DNA of 30,214 bases from Rummeliibacillus pycnus (GCF_050459865.1 NZ_JBCMNM010000020.1:1-30214); one strand, 5' to 3'; positions 1-10,198 are shown, counted from the stretch's first letter. Program-made: numbers and translations. Notes: generated by a model from the letters alone, not told the origin.

Positions 1-45
1 CGAGGAGGCTCAACGCTCGCTTAGCACGAAAGCGAAGCTAATTCC
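1..45. repeat. Truncated copy of a GC-rich dispersed repeat; the full copy is at 10299-10410
   Basis: 'gaggaggctcaAcgctcgc' (2-20) matches 'gaggaggctcaCcgctcgc' (10366-10384) at 18/19 positions. It is followed by a similar '...cgaaagcg...' segment. The sequence is GC-rich in an AT-rich background and is cut by the window edge. Confidence 0.5.
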
Positions 46-90
46 ACATCATGCAGAAAACAGATTAATACAATAGAATTTCTAAATAGT

Positions 91-134
91 ATAACCCCTG
101 CAAAACAATAAGTTGCAGGGGTTATATGTTTTTT
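91..134 (+). terminator. Rho-independent terminator, probably for a + strand gene ending upstream of the window
   Basis: Perfect 13-bp stem 'ataacccctgcaa'/'ttgcaggggttat' (91-125), followed by a T-run (129-134). Confidence 0.6.
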
Positions 135-188
135 GGAACAGTGGAACTGCCACTTGTAGCTTTGTGAAAAGAGGAAAAGAATTTAATA

Positions 189-231
189 GAGCACGGCTAA
201 AAAGACTGGTTGTCCTTGTATAGCCGTGCTC
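189..231 (-). terminator. Hairpin downstream of the DASS transporter gene
   Basis: 11-bp perfect inverted repeat 'gagcacggcta'/'tagccgtgctc' immediately 3' of the minus-strand CDS that ends at 241. The loop is long (about 21 nt) and the T-run is weak. Confidence 0.45.
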
Positions 232-240
232 AATCCTATC

Positions 241-1665
241 TTACCAATATCCAAGTAGCTTCCACCATAAGCCACCGATTATAACAAAAATAAGAATCGT
301 AACGATAGAGACAATAAAGCCTACCGTCCACCATTTATTCTGTTCAATATAACCTGCGCCAAAGAATACAGGAGCAGGACCAGAACCGTAATGAGTTGTG
401 GAACCAAATAAATTACTGAATGCTGCTAATAGGATCGCCGCAAGCATGGCTGGTGCTCCCGCTTGAAGCATAACAGATAGAAACGCGGCATACATGGCAC
501 TAATATGCGCTGTAGAACTTGCAAAGAAATAGTGTGAATAGAAATAGACAAGTGCTAATATCAATACCGCAAACATCCAGTTATATCCAGACACAAACGA
601 ACTGACCTCTTTACTAAACCACGGAATCAGTCCGAGTGTATTCATGTAAGAGGCCATCATAAATAGCGTCGCAAACCAAACAAGCGTATCCCAGGCTCCT
701 TGTTCATTTTTAATATCTGACCATGTTAGTACTTCTAATAATAAAAGTAAGGAAAGCCCTATTAAAGCAGCTGTTGTGGCACCAATGCCTAAAGAATCCC
801 CACCAATCCAAAGTCCTAAAATAACGATAAACACTGCAATCATACGTTTCTCAGAGCTTTTTAATGGCCCAAACTCATCTAATTTCTCTTTTGCAATTCG
901 ACTCGCTTCTGGAGTTTGTTTAATCTCTGGAGGAAAAATCTTATAGATAATAAATGGAACAACAATCAATGCTACTAATCCTGGAACAATCATAGCAGTT
1001 GCCCATCCAAACCACGTTAATGTCACTCCAGCGGTATCACTCGCTAGCTTAACAATTAAAGGATTTGCTGCCATAGCTGTCATAAACATAGCAGATGTAA
1101 TCAAGTTCCCTTGAAATCCTACCGTCAAAAGAAAGGCTCCCATTTTACGTTCCGTACCATCTTCTGGTTTAGAACCGAATGTACGTGATAAGGATTGGAT
1201 AATAGGAAAAATCACACCACCTGCACGTGCAGTATTACTCGGAATAGCAGGCGCCAAAATTAAATCACTTAACAATAAAGAATACGACAAGCTTAACGTT
1301 TTCTTTCCAAATAACCGAACAAATACATAAGCTATACGCTCACCTAACCCCGTCTTAATAAATCCACGTGAAATAAAGAAAGCAATAACGATAAGCCAAA
1401 TCGTCGAATTCCCAAACCCACTTAGCGTTTCTTCAATTGTTAGTGTGTTAGTCACCGCGATTACTGCCATAGCAATAATTGAAATGGCTCCCATAGGTAA
1501 TGGTTTTGAAATAAAACCGACAATTGTTGCAACAAACACAGCAAACAAATGCCATGCACTTTCTTTTACTCCAGCAGGTGTCGGTATAAACCAAATAATC
1601 ATACCAATTGCAATGGTAATGAAGAAAGGAATCCATTTTATAGTACTTCCTGATGTTTCTTTCAT
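241..1665 (-). CDS. DASS-family (divalent anion:Na+ symporter) di/tricarboxylate transporter, YflS-like 2-oxoglutarate/malate translocator
   Basis: 474-aa polytopic membrane protein. It carries the DASS hallmark 'PSNTARAGGV' and a second hairpin-like motif ('STTHYGSGPAP'). An RBS 'aaggag' lies upstream of the ATG at 1665. Confidence 0.8.
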   Translation of the reverse strand: MKETSGSTIKWIPFFITIAIGMIIWFIPTPAGVKESAWHLFAVFVATIVGFISKPLPMGAISIIAMAVIAVTNTLTIEETLSGFGNSTIWLIVIAFFISRGFIKTGLGERIAYVFVRLFGKKTLSLSYSLLLSDLILAPAIPSNTARAGGVIFPIIQSLSRTFGSKPEDGTERKMGAFLLTVGFQGNLITSAMFMTAMAANPLIVKLASDTAGVTLTWFGWATAMIVPGLVALIVVPFIIYKIFPPEIKQTPEASRIAKEKLDEFGPLKSSEKRMIAVFIVILGLWIGGDSLGIGATTAALIGLSLLLLLEVLTWSDIKNEQGAWDTLVWFATLFMMASYMNTLGLIPWFSKEVSSFVSGYNWMFAVLILALVYFYSHYFFASSTAHISAMYAAFLSVMLQAGAPAMLAAILLAAFSNLFGSTTHYGSGPAPVFFGAGYIEQNKWWTVGFIVSIVTILIFVIIGGLWWKLLGYW

Positions 1666-1995
1666 GCCAACAAACTCCTTTCAATGTCTATCTTCTTAAC
1701 AATAACGTCCTCTGTCTAACATTTTTCCATCATTGGTTACTCATATTGAGTTTAACCAATTTTTGCATCCCATTTACTTGAAAACTAAAATATTATAACT
1801 AGTTCGCGTCCTAATGAAAAGAATTTTTTATCATTCTATGTATTTTTTTGATAAAATTTTTAATTCAAAAAAGAATTGTGTTTAAATAAGGGGTTATTGG
1901 AGTGAGCCACTTTATTCCTATATATACCACTTCATTTCTTGTTATTTGTTATAATGGTATTTAAATGAGTGGATATTCAAAGGAAGTGAAACAAG

Positions 1996-2601
1996 ATGAT
2001 TAAAATAGTTATTGCCGAAGACCAAGGAATGCTTCTCGGGGCTTTGAAATCATTGATTAATATGGAAGATGATATGGAAGTTGTAGGAGTAGGGCACAAT
2101 GGCGTAGAAGCATTAAAGCTTGTTGATCAATATCAACCGGATATCGCCATTATGGATATCGAAATGCCTGAAAAAACAGGTTTAGATGCTGCAGAAGAAC
2201 TAAAGGAAAAAGACTGTAAGGTAATCATTTTAACAACCTTTGCAAGACCGGGTTATTTTGAGAGAGCTAGAAAAGCAGGTGTCAGAGGATATTTGTTAAA
2301 GGATAGTCCTATTGAGGAATTAGTTAACGCCATTCGAATCATCATGGATGGTCGCAGAATTTATGCACCTGAGCTTATTGATATTGTTTATGAAGAAGAG
2401 ACAGAAAATCCTTTAACTGAACGCGAGAGTGAAGTATTGGGCCTTGTAGCAAAAGGAAGAACGACGAAAGAAATCGCAAATGAATTGTTTTTGTCTCCTG
2501 GAACTGTTCGGAACTATATCTCTACTATTTTTGATAAATTAGGTGTAAGTAATCGTATTGAAGCGATAGCGAGATTTAAGGAAAAAGGTTGGAATAAATA
2601 A
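1996..2601 (+). CDS. NarL/LuxR-family two-component response regulator (REC + HTH_LuxR), DesR/LiaR-like
   Basis: The N-terminal receiver domain has acidic residues 'AEDQ' and the phospho-acceptor 'IAIMDIEMP'. The C-terminal LuxR HTH reads 'LTERESEVLGLVAKGRTTKEIANELFLSPGTVRNYIS'. The RBS is 'aaggaagtg'. Confidence 0.85.
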   Translation: MIKIVIAEDQGMLLGALKSLINMEDDMEVVGVGHNGVEALKLVDQYQPDIAIMDIEMPEKTGLDAAEELKEKDCKVIILTTFARPGYFERARKAGVRGYLLKDSPIEELVNAIRIIMDGRRIYAPELIDIVYEEETENPLTERESEVLGLVAKGRTTKEIANELFLSPGTVRNYISTIFDKLGVSNRIEAIARFKEKGWNK

Positions 2602-2603
2602 TA

Positions 2604-2654
2604 TAAAAAAATCCGGATTAGCTTTCTGAGGTGAGTGGCTAATCCGGATTTTTT
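2604..2654. terminator. Bidirectional rho-independent terminator shared by the convergent response regulator and putB genes
   Basis: 12-bp perfect stem 'atccggattagc'/'gctaatccggat', flanked by an A-run on the 5' side and a T-run on the 3' side. Confidence 0.8.
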
Positions 2655-2673
2655 GAGCTGAAGCTGAATAAAT

Positions 2674-3645
2674 TTATTTGCGTTTCGTTAAACGACCAAG
2701 CGCGAAACCAGCAGCTGCTACTCCGATGATAGTATTTGTTTTTTTATTGAATACTTGCTTTACGACAAGTTCTATATTTTGTGGGCGTTCTGCTAAACGG
2801 CGCATAAAGTAACCATACCAATCTTGCCCGAATGGTACATATGTGCAGAAGTTATAACCTTCTTTAGCAAGTTCTAGTTGCATATCGCGACGGAAGCCGT
2901 ATAGCATTTGGAATTCGTATTTTTCTTTTGGAATATTATGAGCTGCGATAAATTGCTTCATATGATTAATAACAGTATGATCATGTGTTGCAATTGAAGT
3001 GAATTTTCCATTTAGTAAGTGATATTCCAGTAATTCTATGTAATTGCTGTCGATATCTTCTTTTGTTTGGTAAGCAACTTCAGCAGGCTCTTTATAAGCA
3101 CCTTTAACGATACGTAAACGATAGTTTTTGAATTTTTCGATGTCTTCTTTTGCACGGAAGAAGTAAGCTTGAATAACCGTTCCGATATTATCGTGACTCT
3201 CCGATAACTTTTCAAGCAAATCAAATGATGGTTGTAAACGATCATAATTTTCCATATCAAAATTGACAAAAATATCATAGCTGTCTGCTAAAGATACTAT
3301 TTCTTTAAGATTTTCATAGCAAAAATCATAGTCAATATCTAAGCCTAGTTGAGATGGCTTTAAAGAAATATGAGCATCAACACCATTTTGTTGGATTGCT
3401 TCTATGACTGCTAAAATTTGTTCTTTTGCAGCGGTTGCTTCTGATCTTTCATGAACAAATTCCCCTAAATTGTCCACTGTACATGAGATTCCATGTGAGT
3501 TAAGTTCTTTAATACTTTTGATTACTCCCTCAATGTTTGTACCAGCTACTACACTAGCAGCACCCATCTTTAGCCCATACTTTTTAGCATTGTTATTTAA
3601 AAATTGGTTTTCTGATAATGTGATAAAGAAATCTTTAAGTGACAT
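2674..3645 (-). CDS. putB: Proline dehydrogenase (PutB/YcgM-like)
   Basis: The protein is collinear with B. subtilis PutB as I recall it. Matching segments include 'GTVIQAY..RA.EDI', 'LR.VKGAYKE', 'ATHD', 'EFQMLYG', 'ELAKEGY' and 'YVP.G.DW..YFMRR.AERP'. It has an extra hydrophobic/basic C-terminal tail, 'IIGVAAAGFALGRLTKRK'. Confidence 0.85.
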   Translation of the reverse strand: MSLKDFFITLSENQFLNNNAKKYGLKMGAASVVAGTNIEGVIKSIKELNSHGISCTVDNLGEFVHERSEATAAKEQILAVIEAIQQNGVDAHISLKPSQLGLDIDYDFCYENLKEIVSLADSYDIFVNFDMENYDRLQPSFDLLEKLSESHDNIGTVIQAYFFRAKEDIEKFKNYRLRIVKGAYKEPAEVAYQTKEDIDSNYIELLEYHLLNGKFTSIATHDHTVINHMKQFIAAHNIPKEKYEFQMLYGFRRDMQLELAKEGYNFCTYVPFGQDWYGYFMRRLAERPQNIELVVKQVFNKKTNTIIGVAAAGFALGRLTKRK

Positions 3646-3960
3646 ATGCCATTTCCCCTTGTTGTGAAATTGTATTTTTCTCGATTATATCATAGTTAAA
3701 GGAAAAGTCATTCAATTCATATATTTCTTAATAGATAAATATAAATGCTCTATTAAGGATTTTTTTTGTGTAAAAGCAAAATTTTGAATGCCCTAAGATT
3801 AGGGTATATGCTATTTATTGTTCAAACACAATTGAACGATAAAGGCAACATGCGTTTATAGGCTCTTTTTTGTCGATTTTTGTAGCTTTTTATGAAAAAC
3901 AAGTTGCATTAACTAAATAATATCTGTAATTTAGTAATGAGGTACAAAATTAATATTATG

Positions 3961-4010
3961 ACGCAAAAAACGTTTTCCCTACATGGAATGGGGAAGACGT
4001 TTTTTTGCGT
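3961..4010. terminator. Long palindromic terminator downstream of fetB
   Basis: Near-perfect hairpin of about 19 bp: 'acgcaaaaaacgttttccc'...'gggaagacgtttttttgcgt'. Confidence 0.7.
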
Positions 4011-4014
4011 TCTA

Positions 4015-4770
4015 TTAAAATTTATCTTTCAACATTTGCATGCGATTATTGAAAAGAGAAGGATAAGATAAAAAGCCTAATAAAATACTAGAGATAGCTG
4101 CTGTTGTTAACAACACAAATAATATTAAAAGTTGAAATTGTACTGCCTGTACAGGATCAGCACCTGCAATAATTTGGCCACTCATCATACCAGGCAATTG
4201 AACAAGACCAATCGTTTTTTGACTTTCGATTGTTGGAATCATACTTGCTTTTATCGCATTAATTAGTTGTCTGTGGATTGCTTGTTTTGGGGTACCACCA
4301 AGCGACAAAATCAGTTCTGTCTCATCTTTGTAAGCCTCTAACTCTGCTTGGAATCGATTTAAAAAGAGAATAGAGAGTACCATAGAGTTCCCGATTGCCA
4401 TTCCGCTAATAGGAATAATATATTGTGCTGTAGCTGGAACGATATGAAATCCTAGCAAAATCGATTGTACAATGATTTCGACAGTAATCATCGTGAGAGC
4501 AACTTTCCATGTGATTCCACTAATCTTTTTGCCTTTTTTTCGAGCGTTAGCTGTAGCTGCCACAATCATTAATGTAATCATCGTGAATATGTAAAGAATG
4601 TTATTCGATTCAAATACAAACTTTAATATATATCCAACCGCTAGTAACTGAATAATAGAACGAATGGTAGCAATTAGCGTATCTTTTTCTAAACCAAGAT
4701 GTAAAGTTTTGGATAGTATCAGTGGTATTAAGACAAATAATAATGTTAAAGAAAGAGTGGCATAACTCAT
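4015..4770 (-). CDS. fetB: ABC transporter permease, UPF0014/FetB (YbbM) family, putative iron exporter
   Basis: 251-aa polytopic membrane protein. Its start overlaps the stop of the upstream ATPase gene in an ATGA-type overlap ('tcat' at 4767-4770 on the + strand). Confidence 0.65.
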   Translation of the reverse strand: MSYATLSLTLLFVLIPLILSKTLHLGLEKDTLIATIRSIIQLLAVGYILKFVFESNNILYIFTMITLMIVAATANARKKGKKISGITWKVALTMITVEIIVQSILLGFHIVPATAQYIIPISGMAIGNSMVLSILFLNRFQAELEAYKDETELILSLGGTPKQAIHRQLINAIKASMIPTIESQKTIGLVQLPGMMSGQIIAGADPVQAVQFQLLILFVLLTTAAISSILLGFLSYPSLFNNRMQMLKDKF

Positions 4771-5507
4771 TCCAATACCCCCTCTACAAAACGTTTCACA
4801 ATTTCTTTTGTTGGATTAGTTAGAAGAGTACTTTTACCGGTTTCAATCACTTGACCGTTTATCATAACCCAGGTGTAGTGACCAATTTTAATAGCTTGCT
4901 CTAAATTATGGGTAATCCAAATAATTGTGACTTTGTATTTCTGATTGATTTTGATAATAAGGTCTTCCACTTCTTTAATGGACGTTCGATCTAAAGCAGA
5001 AGTAATTTCATCTAACAATAGAATATCTGATTTATTGACCAGCGTTCTTGCAATAGAAACACGTTGGCGTTGGCCACCTGATAAGTCTGAAGCATCCTTA
5101 TCAAGAAATGATGCATCTAATCCAACATCCTCTAAGAATGAAATGGCCTCCGACCGAGATAATGACAAGCCTTGTAATGTTTTAGGTAAAGATAAATTAA
5201 TATAAACGGTACCTTTAATCATTGGTGCAGATTGTAATGCCATTCCAACATGGCGACGTAATGTAACTGGGTTTAAAGAGGTAATGGGTTCATTATCAAT
5301 ATAAATTTCACCTGAAGTAGGAGAGATTAAACCGTTACATAGTTTAAGTAAAGTTGTTTTACCAGCTCCAGATGGACCTACAAGTGTTGTGATTTCCCCT
5401 GTTGGGAAAGAACCTGTAACCTGTTGCAAAATTTTCTGTCCATTCACTTCAAAATCAACGTTATGAAAGTGAATAGCAGGTTGATAAATTGTATTCATAG
5501 ATAACAC
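4767..5507 (-). CDS. fetA: ABC transporter ATP-binding protein (FetA/YbbL-like)
   Basis: Walker A 'GPSGAGKTT', ABC signature 'LSGGQRQR' and Walker B 'ILLLDE'. It is translationally coupled to the permease gene. Confidence 0.7.
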   Translation of the reverse strand: MLSMNTIYQPAIHFHNVDFEVNGQKILQQVTGSFPTGEITTLVGPSGAGKTTLLKLCNGLISPTSGEIYIDNEPITSLNPVTLRRHVGMALQSAPMIKGTVYINLSLPKTLQGLSLSRSEAISFLEDVGLDASFLDKDASDLSGGQRQRVSIARTLVNKSDILLLDEITSALDRTSIKEVEDLIIKINQKYKVTIIWITHNLEQAIKIGHYTWVMINGQVIETGKSTLLTNPTKEIVKRFVEGVLE

Positions 5508-5573
5508 TCCTGCGACAATTTTCTTAATCTTAATGTAACATAATCTGTGAATTTTCTAGAAAAGGTGAATGTA

Positions 5574-6470
5574 TTAATATAAGTAACGCCATAAATAGAA
5601 TGTTGCATATGATTCAAATCCACGCCAGTCTTTTGCATAAACAAGTATTTCTTCTTTTGTGGGCTTGCAATCAGCTTTTGTTATATATTTAATAGCATTA
5701 TGTAAGCCAACATCTGCTATTGGAAAAGCATCAGGGTATCGTAAACAACGCATTAATACATAATTTGCAGTCCAGGGACCAATTCCGCGGATAGATGTTA
5801 ACTGCTGTTCAGCTTTTTTTAAAGAATTCATTTGTTTTAACATATTTTTTGATAATTCACCTGTAGAGATGAGGTGTGCTGCTAATAAGAGATATTCACA
5901 TTTTTTAGTAGTTAATTTTAATGGTAGTAAATCTTCTATAGAAAGTTCATCTATTATTGAAGCTTCAGGAAATAGCCAATATTGTTGATTATTCCACGTA
6001 ACACTTTTTCCGTATTTTTCAACAAGATTTCTTTTTAATGTATAAGCAAAAGACAAATTAATTTGTTGACCTAATATTCCCCAACTAATTGCCTCAAACA
6101 GATCTGGAATACCAATAGTACGTAAGCCATAATAATTTTCAATAGCTGAACAGAGTAGACTATCTTTTTTAGCCATTTGATAAAAAGGAAGAAGGTCTGT
6201 ATTAAGATCAAACCACTCACGAATATAGTGTATGATTGCTTCAAAATCTTTTGAACTACAGGGTTCTGTAGAATAGAGTATTTGAATAGAAAGCAGCTGT
6301 TCGTGACAGCTAATTTCCACAAGAGGAAAACTAGGCGAAATTGGAATAACTTTTCGTATAACCTCACCATCAACTTCAAACATACATTCTTTATCATTTC
6401 TTTGTAAATAGCACAGATTTTGTTGAAAACTAAATTCTTTTGGTAATTTAATTTGCAATGGATTACTCAT
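5574..6470 (-). CDS. alkA: DNA-3-methyladenine glycosylase II (AlkA, HhH-GPD superfamily)
   Basis: HhH motif 'LTSIRGIGPWTANYVLMR' and the catalytic-Asp region 'FPIADVGL'. It is divergent from adaA-adaB, as in B. subtilis. I set the start at the ATG at 6470, which is preceded by the RBS 'gaaaggtg', rather than at the longer track ORF start (6515). Confidence 0.8.
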   Translation of the reverse strand: MSNPLQIKLPKEFSFQQNLCYLQRNDKECMFEVDGEVIRKVIPISPSFPLVEISCHEQLLSIQILYSTEPCSSKDFEAIIHYIREWFDLNTDLLPFYQMAKKDSLLCSAIENYYGLRTIGIPDLFEAISWGILGQQINLSFAYTLKRNLVEKYGKSVTWNNQQYWLFPEASIIDELSIEDLLPLKLTTKKCEYLLLAAHLISTGELSKNMLKQMNSLKKAEQQLTSIRGIGPWTANYVLMRCLRYPDAFPIADVGLHNAIKYITKADCKPTKEEILVYAKDWRGFESYATFYLWRYLY

Positions 6471-6606
6471 AAACTCACACCTTTCATGGATGATTGTATA
6501 GAAGAAAAATTTCAATATGTTGCGATTACGTCCGGAAAGTATTTTTTAAGTAACTTTAGATAGGTATACTACAACTATACAAAAAACGCTTAAAAGGTGT
6601 GATAAA

Positions 6607-7182
6607 ATGAATCGGCAATTTGGTACAACACCAACTCAGGAAGAGTGGATTGCAATCACGTCAAATAATAGAAGTTATGACGGGAAATTTATTTATGCAG
6701 TCACTTCTACAGGTATATGCTGTAGACCATCTTGTAAATCTCGTAGCCCAAAATTTGAAAATGTCAGGATTTTTCAAAATATAGAAGCAGCTACTGAAGC
6801 AGGATTCAAACCCTGTAAACGATGTAAGCCAAGCGGTTTACGGATACCTGATGAAGAATGGGTAACCCAAATAAATGATTATATCGAACAACATTTTCAT
6901 GAACACATAACATTAGATATATTGGCAGACGCATGTCACGGTAGCCCATATCATTTGCAAAGGATTTATAAAAAAGTAACGGGTAATACACCGTTAGATT
7001 ATATTCAACATCAACGTATGGAAAAGGCAAAGTTATTACTTAAAACAACTGACCAAAAGGTGGAACAAATTGGACGAGTTGTAGGCTTTTCAAATACACC
7101 GTATTTTATTACGTTATTTAAAAAGTTTACAGGTAGTACGCCAAGAAAATATCGATATATTAATGGAGGTATAGAAAAATGA
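6607..7182 (+). CDS. adaA: Methylphosphotriester-DNA alkyltransferase / AraC-family activator (AdaA)
   Basis: The N-terminal Ada Zn-binding Cys cluster reads 'CCRPSCKS...CKRCKP'. The C-terminal AraC HTH reads 'GSPYHLQRIYKKVTGNTPLDYIQHQRMEKAKLLL...FSNTPYFITLFKKFTGSTPRKY'. Confidence 0.85.
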   Translation: MNRQFGTTPTQEEWIAITSNNRSYDGKFIYAVTSTGICCRPSCKSRSPKFENVRIFQNIEAATEAGFKPCKRCKPSGLRIPDEEWVTQINDYIEQHFHEHITLDILADACHGSPYHLQRIYKKVTGNTPLDYIQHQRMEKAKLLLKTTDQKVEQIGRVVGFSNTPYFITLFKKFTGSTPRKYRYINGGIEK

Positions 7183-7682
7183 AAAATATATATTGGAGCT
7201 CATTCAATAGAAAAGAATGGTCAATAATTATTGCGGCTTCTGATGAAGGATTAAGCTATGTTGGTACAACAATGGATGAAATAGAAGATTGGTGCAAGAA
7301 GCATTATAAGGATGCAGTATTGGTTGAAGATAAAGAAAAGACAACAGAATACCAAAAGCAGTACGAAGAATACTTTGCAGGTAAGAGAACTACCTTTGAT
7401 TTTCCATTGGATTTACAAGGAACTGCATTTCAACAACAAGTATGGCAAGCGTTAATTCAAATTCCATTTGGTAAGACCACTTGTTACTCTGAAATAGCGA
7501 ATATGATCCACAATCCAAAGGCTGTAAGAGCAGTTGGAGGTGCAATTGGTGCTAATCCAATCTTGATTGCCGTTCCATGTCATCGTATCATAGGTAAAAA
7601 TGGGAAACTAACTGGTTTCCGTAGTGGTATTCCATTGAAAAAAGAATTGTTGGGGATTGAAAGGGTACCATATAAAGAATGA
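7179..7682 (+). CDS. adaB: Methylated-DNA-protein-cysteine S-methyltransferase (AdaB/Ogt)
   Basis: The active site is 'VPCHRIIG'. An ATGA overlap joins it to adaA (7179-7182). Confidence 0.85.
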   Translation: MKNIYWSSFNRKEWSIIIAASDEGLSYVGTTMDEIEDWCKKHYKDAVLVEDKEKTTEYQKQYEEYFAGKRTTFDFPLDLQGTAFQQQVWQALIQIPFGKTTCYSEIANMIHNPKAVRAVGGAIGANPILIAVPCHRIIGKNGKLTGFRSGIPLKKELLGIERVPYKE

Positions 7683-7828
7683 AATGACATAACTCAGGGG
7701 TAATATGAAGGGATTTTAAAGTTTAATGCTTTTACAGTTGTCATGACAACTAGATGTTTCTTAAGACATATTTAAAGATAAATAGTGTATACTATGACAT
7801 ATTAAGATGGTGGAAGAAGGGACTAAGT

Positions 7829-9298
7829 ATGAAATCAAAATATCCAGATGATAGCCTGATGCTACATACAGATTTATATCAAATTAATATGGCTGAAAGT
7901 TATTGGGCAGATGGAATACATAATCGAAAAGCGGTATTTGAATTGTATTTCCGAAAATTACCGTTCGGTAATGGCTATGCAATATTTGCTGGATTAGAAA
8001 GAATGTTGGAATATCTACGCGATTTTCACTTCAGTGAATCTGACTTAGAATATCTTCAAGAAGAAGTAGGATACGACAAGGATTTTATTGAATACTTAAG
8101 AAATCTACGTTTTACTGGAAATGTCTACTCAATGACAGAGGGAGAACTTGTTTTTGGTAATGAACCAATTGTTCGTATTGAAGCTCCTTTAGTAGAGGCC
8201 CAATTGATCGAAACAGCGTTACTTAATATTGTGAACTATCAAACATTAATAGCGACAAAAGCTAGTCGTATTAAACAAATTGTTCAAGATGATGTTGTGA
8301 TGGAGTTTGGTACACGTCGTGCACAAGAAATGGATGCGGCTATTTGGGGAACACGAGCAGCAATCATTGGAGGTTTTGATTCAACTAGTAATGTTCGAGC
8401 AGGGAAATTATTCAATATTCCTGTTGCTGGTACACATGCCCATTCATTGGTGCAAGCGTATAAAAGTGATTATGAGGCTTTTCATGCCTATGCACGCCGT
8501 CATAAAGACTGTGTTTTCTTAGTTGATACCTACGATACTTTAAAATCTGGTGTACCAACTGCGATTAAAGTAGCGAAAGAATTAGGGGATAAGATTAACT
8601 TCCTAGGTATTCGCTTAGATAGTGGAGATATTGCCTTTCTATCAAAAGCTGCTCGTAAAATGTTAGATGAAGCAGGTTTTACAGATGCTAAAATTGTTGC
8701 TTCAAATGATTTAGATGAATACACAATTTTAAACTTACTTGCGCAAGGTGCAAAGGTTGACCAATGGGGTATCGGTACAAAATTAATTACAGCATATGAT
8801 CAACCTGCATTAGGTGCAGTATATAAACTTGTATCACTTGAAACTGCGAATGGTAAAATGCAAGATCGTATTAAAATTTCTGCAAATGCTGAAAAGGTAA
8901 CAACACCAGGTTTGAAAAAATTGTATCGAATCATCGATCTTGAAAACGGTAAAGCTGAAGGCGATTATATTACCATGCATGATGAAGATCCTGAATCAGA
9001 AGAACGTATTAAAATGTTCCATCCTGTTCATACATTTATCTCAAAATTCGTAACAAACTTTGCTGCTAAAAATCTCCATACAAAAGTAATAGAGGATGGC
9101 AAAAATATATATGAAAGTCCATCAGTACAAGAAATGAGAGCATACGCAGAAGAAAACCTAAACTTACTCTGGGATGAATATAAACGTTCTTTAAATCCTG
9201 AAGCTTATCCGGTAGACTTAAGCCAAAAATGTTGGGATAACAAAATGAGAAATATAGTAGAAGTCAAAGAGATGGTACGTGAAATTGATGCGGTATAG
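7829..9298 (+). CDS. pncB: Nicotinate phosphoribosyltransferase
   Basis: The N-terminus 'LHTDLYQINMAESYW' is typical of PncB, as are 'FGTRRAQ' and 'AGTHAHS'. I set the start at the ATG at 7829, which has the RBS 'ggtggaagaaggg'. The track ORF's 25-aa leader looks spurious. Confidence 0.85.
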   Translation: MKSKYPDDSLMLHTDLYQINMAESYWADGIHNRKAVFELYFRKLPFGNGYAIFAGLERMLEYLRDFHFSESDLEYLQEEVGYDKDFIEYLRNLRFTGNVYSMTEGELVFGNEPIVRIEAPLVEAQLIETALLNIVNYQTLIATKASRIKQIVQDDVVMEFGTRRAQEMDAAIWGTRAAIIGGFDSTSNVRAGKLFNIPVAGTHAHSLVQAYKSDYEAFHAYARRHKDCVFLVDTYDTLKSGVPTAIKVAKELGDKINFLGIRLDSGDIAFLSKAARKMLDEAGFTDAKIVASNDLDEYTILNLLAQGAKVDQWGIGTKLITAYDQPALGAVYKLVSLETANGKMQDRIKISANAEKVTTPGLKKLYRIIDLENGKAEGDYITMHDEDPESEERIKMFHPVHTFISKFVTNFAAKNLHTKVIEDGKNIYESPSVQEMRAYAEENLNLLWDEYKRSLNPEAYPVDLSQKCWDNKMRNIVEVKEMVREIDAV

Positions 9299-9311
9299 GA
9301 GGTAATTTTTA

Positions 9312-10136
9312 ATGACTTTGCAACAACATATTATTGAAGAATTACATGTCCTCCCTAAAATTGATGCAAAAGAAGAAATTCGTAAATCAATTGACTTTTT
9401 AAAAGCATATGCAAAAAAGAACACGTTCTTAAAAGGATTTGTACTTGGCTTATCAGGTGGTCAAGACTCTACTTTAACAGGTAAACTTACGCAACTTGCA
9501 GTAGATGAGTTAAATGAAGAAGCTGGAGAAGATAAATATTCCTATTGGGCAGTTCGTCTACCTTATGGTATACAAGCTGATGAACAGGATTGCCAAGATG
9601 CTATTGAATTTATCAAGCCTACAATAGTATATACGGTAAATATAAAACCGGCTGTAGATGCAGGAGTTCAATCATTAAAAGAAGTAGGCGTAGAACTTTC
9701 TGATTTTCTAAAAGGAAACGAAAAAGCGCGTGAACGTATGAAAGTTCAATTTGCGATTGCAGCTCACCACGGTGCTGTCGTACTTGGTACCGATCATGCG
9801 GCTGAAGCAATTACAGGTTTCTATACAAAATTTGGCGATGGTGCTGCAGACCTTACACCAATCTTCCGTTTAAACAAGCGTCAAGGTAAGGCAATGCTTG
9901 CAGAACTAAATTGTCCAAAGCATTTATACGAAAAAACACCAACTGCAGACTTAGAAGAAAATCGTCCATCTTTACCAGATGAAGAAGCACTAGGTGTTAC
10001 GTATGATCAAATCGATGATTATTTGGAAGGTAAAGAAATTGATGAAGAGGCTCGTAAAAAAATAGAAGGACATTATTTACGTTCGGAACATAAACGTCAC
10101 CTACCAATTACAATTTTCGATGACTTTTGGAAATAA
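9312..10136 (+). CDS. nadE: NH3-dependent NAD+ synthetase
   Basis: PP-loop '[10 protein letters not shown]' and '[15 protein letters not shown]'. The RBS is 'taggaggt'. It lies immediately downstream of pncB, forming an NAD salvage pair. Confidence 0.9.
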   Translation: MTLQQHIIEELHVLPKIDAKEEIRKSIDFLKAYAKKNTFLKGFVLGLSGGQDSTLTGKLTQLAVDELNEEAGEDKYSYWAVRLPYGIQADEQDCQDAIEFIKPTIVYTVNIKPAVDAGVQSLKEVGVELSDFLKGNEKARERMKVQFAIAAHHGAVVLGTDHAAEAITGFYTKFGDGAADLTPIFRLNKRQGKAMLAELNCPKHLYEKTPTADLEENRPSLPDEEALGVTYDQIDDYLEGKEIDEEARKKIEGHYLRSEHKRHLPITIFDDFWK

Positions 10137-10154
10137 ATTTTTAAAACCCGTGAG

Positions 10155-10198
10155 ACTGTAGTTAAACTCGAAGAATTCGAGTTTGCCTACAGTTTTTT
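10155..10198 (+). terminator. Rho-independent terminator of pncB-nadE
   Basis: Inner 9-bp stem 'aaactcgaa'/'ttcgagttt' and outer stem 'ctgtag'/'ctacag', followed by T7. Confidence 0.75.

Noticed and set aside
1445-1699. ORFs overlapping the DASS transporter gene on the opposite strand or in another frame (1445-1699 +, 1448-1684 -). Similar shadow ORFs occur inside other well-supported genes:
- 3036-3278 -, 3470-3667 +, 4945-5205 +
- 6071-6397 -, 6806-7030 -
- 8307-8522 +, 8530-8724 -
- 9218-9424 -, 9619-9810 -
- 12164-12367 -, 13274-13645 +, 13723-14040 -, 14277-14477 -
- 16313-16636 -, 17198-17389 +, 17515-17766 -
- 19911-20273 -, 22250-22510 -, 25807-25995 -, 29488-30060 -
   Set aside because: Each lies entirely or mostly within a longer ORF that has clear family motifs. 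They have odd composition (Cys/Phe/Ile-rich or low complexity) and lack an RBS, so I regard them as frame shadows.
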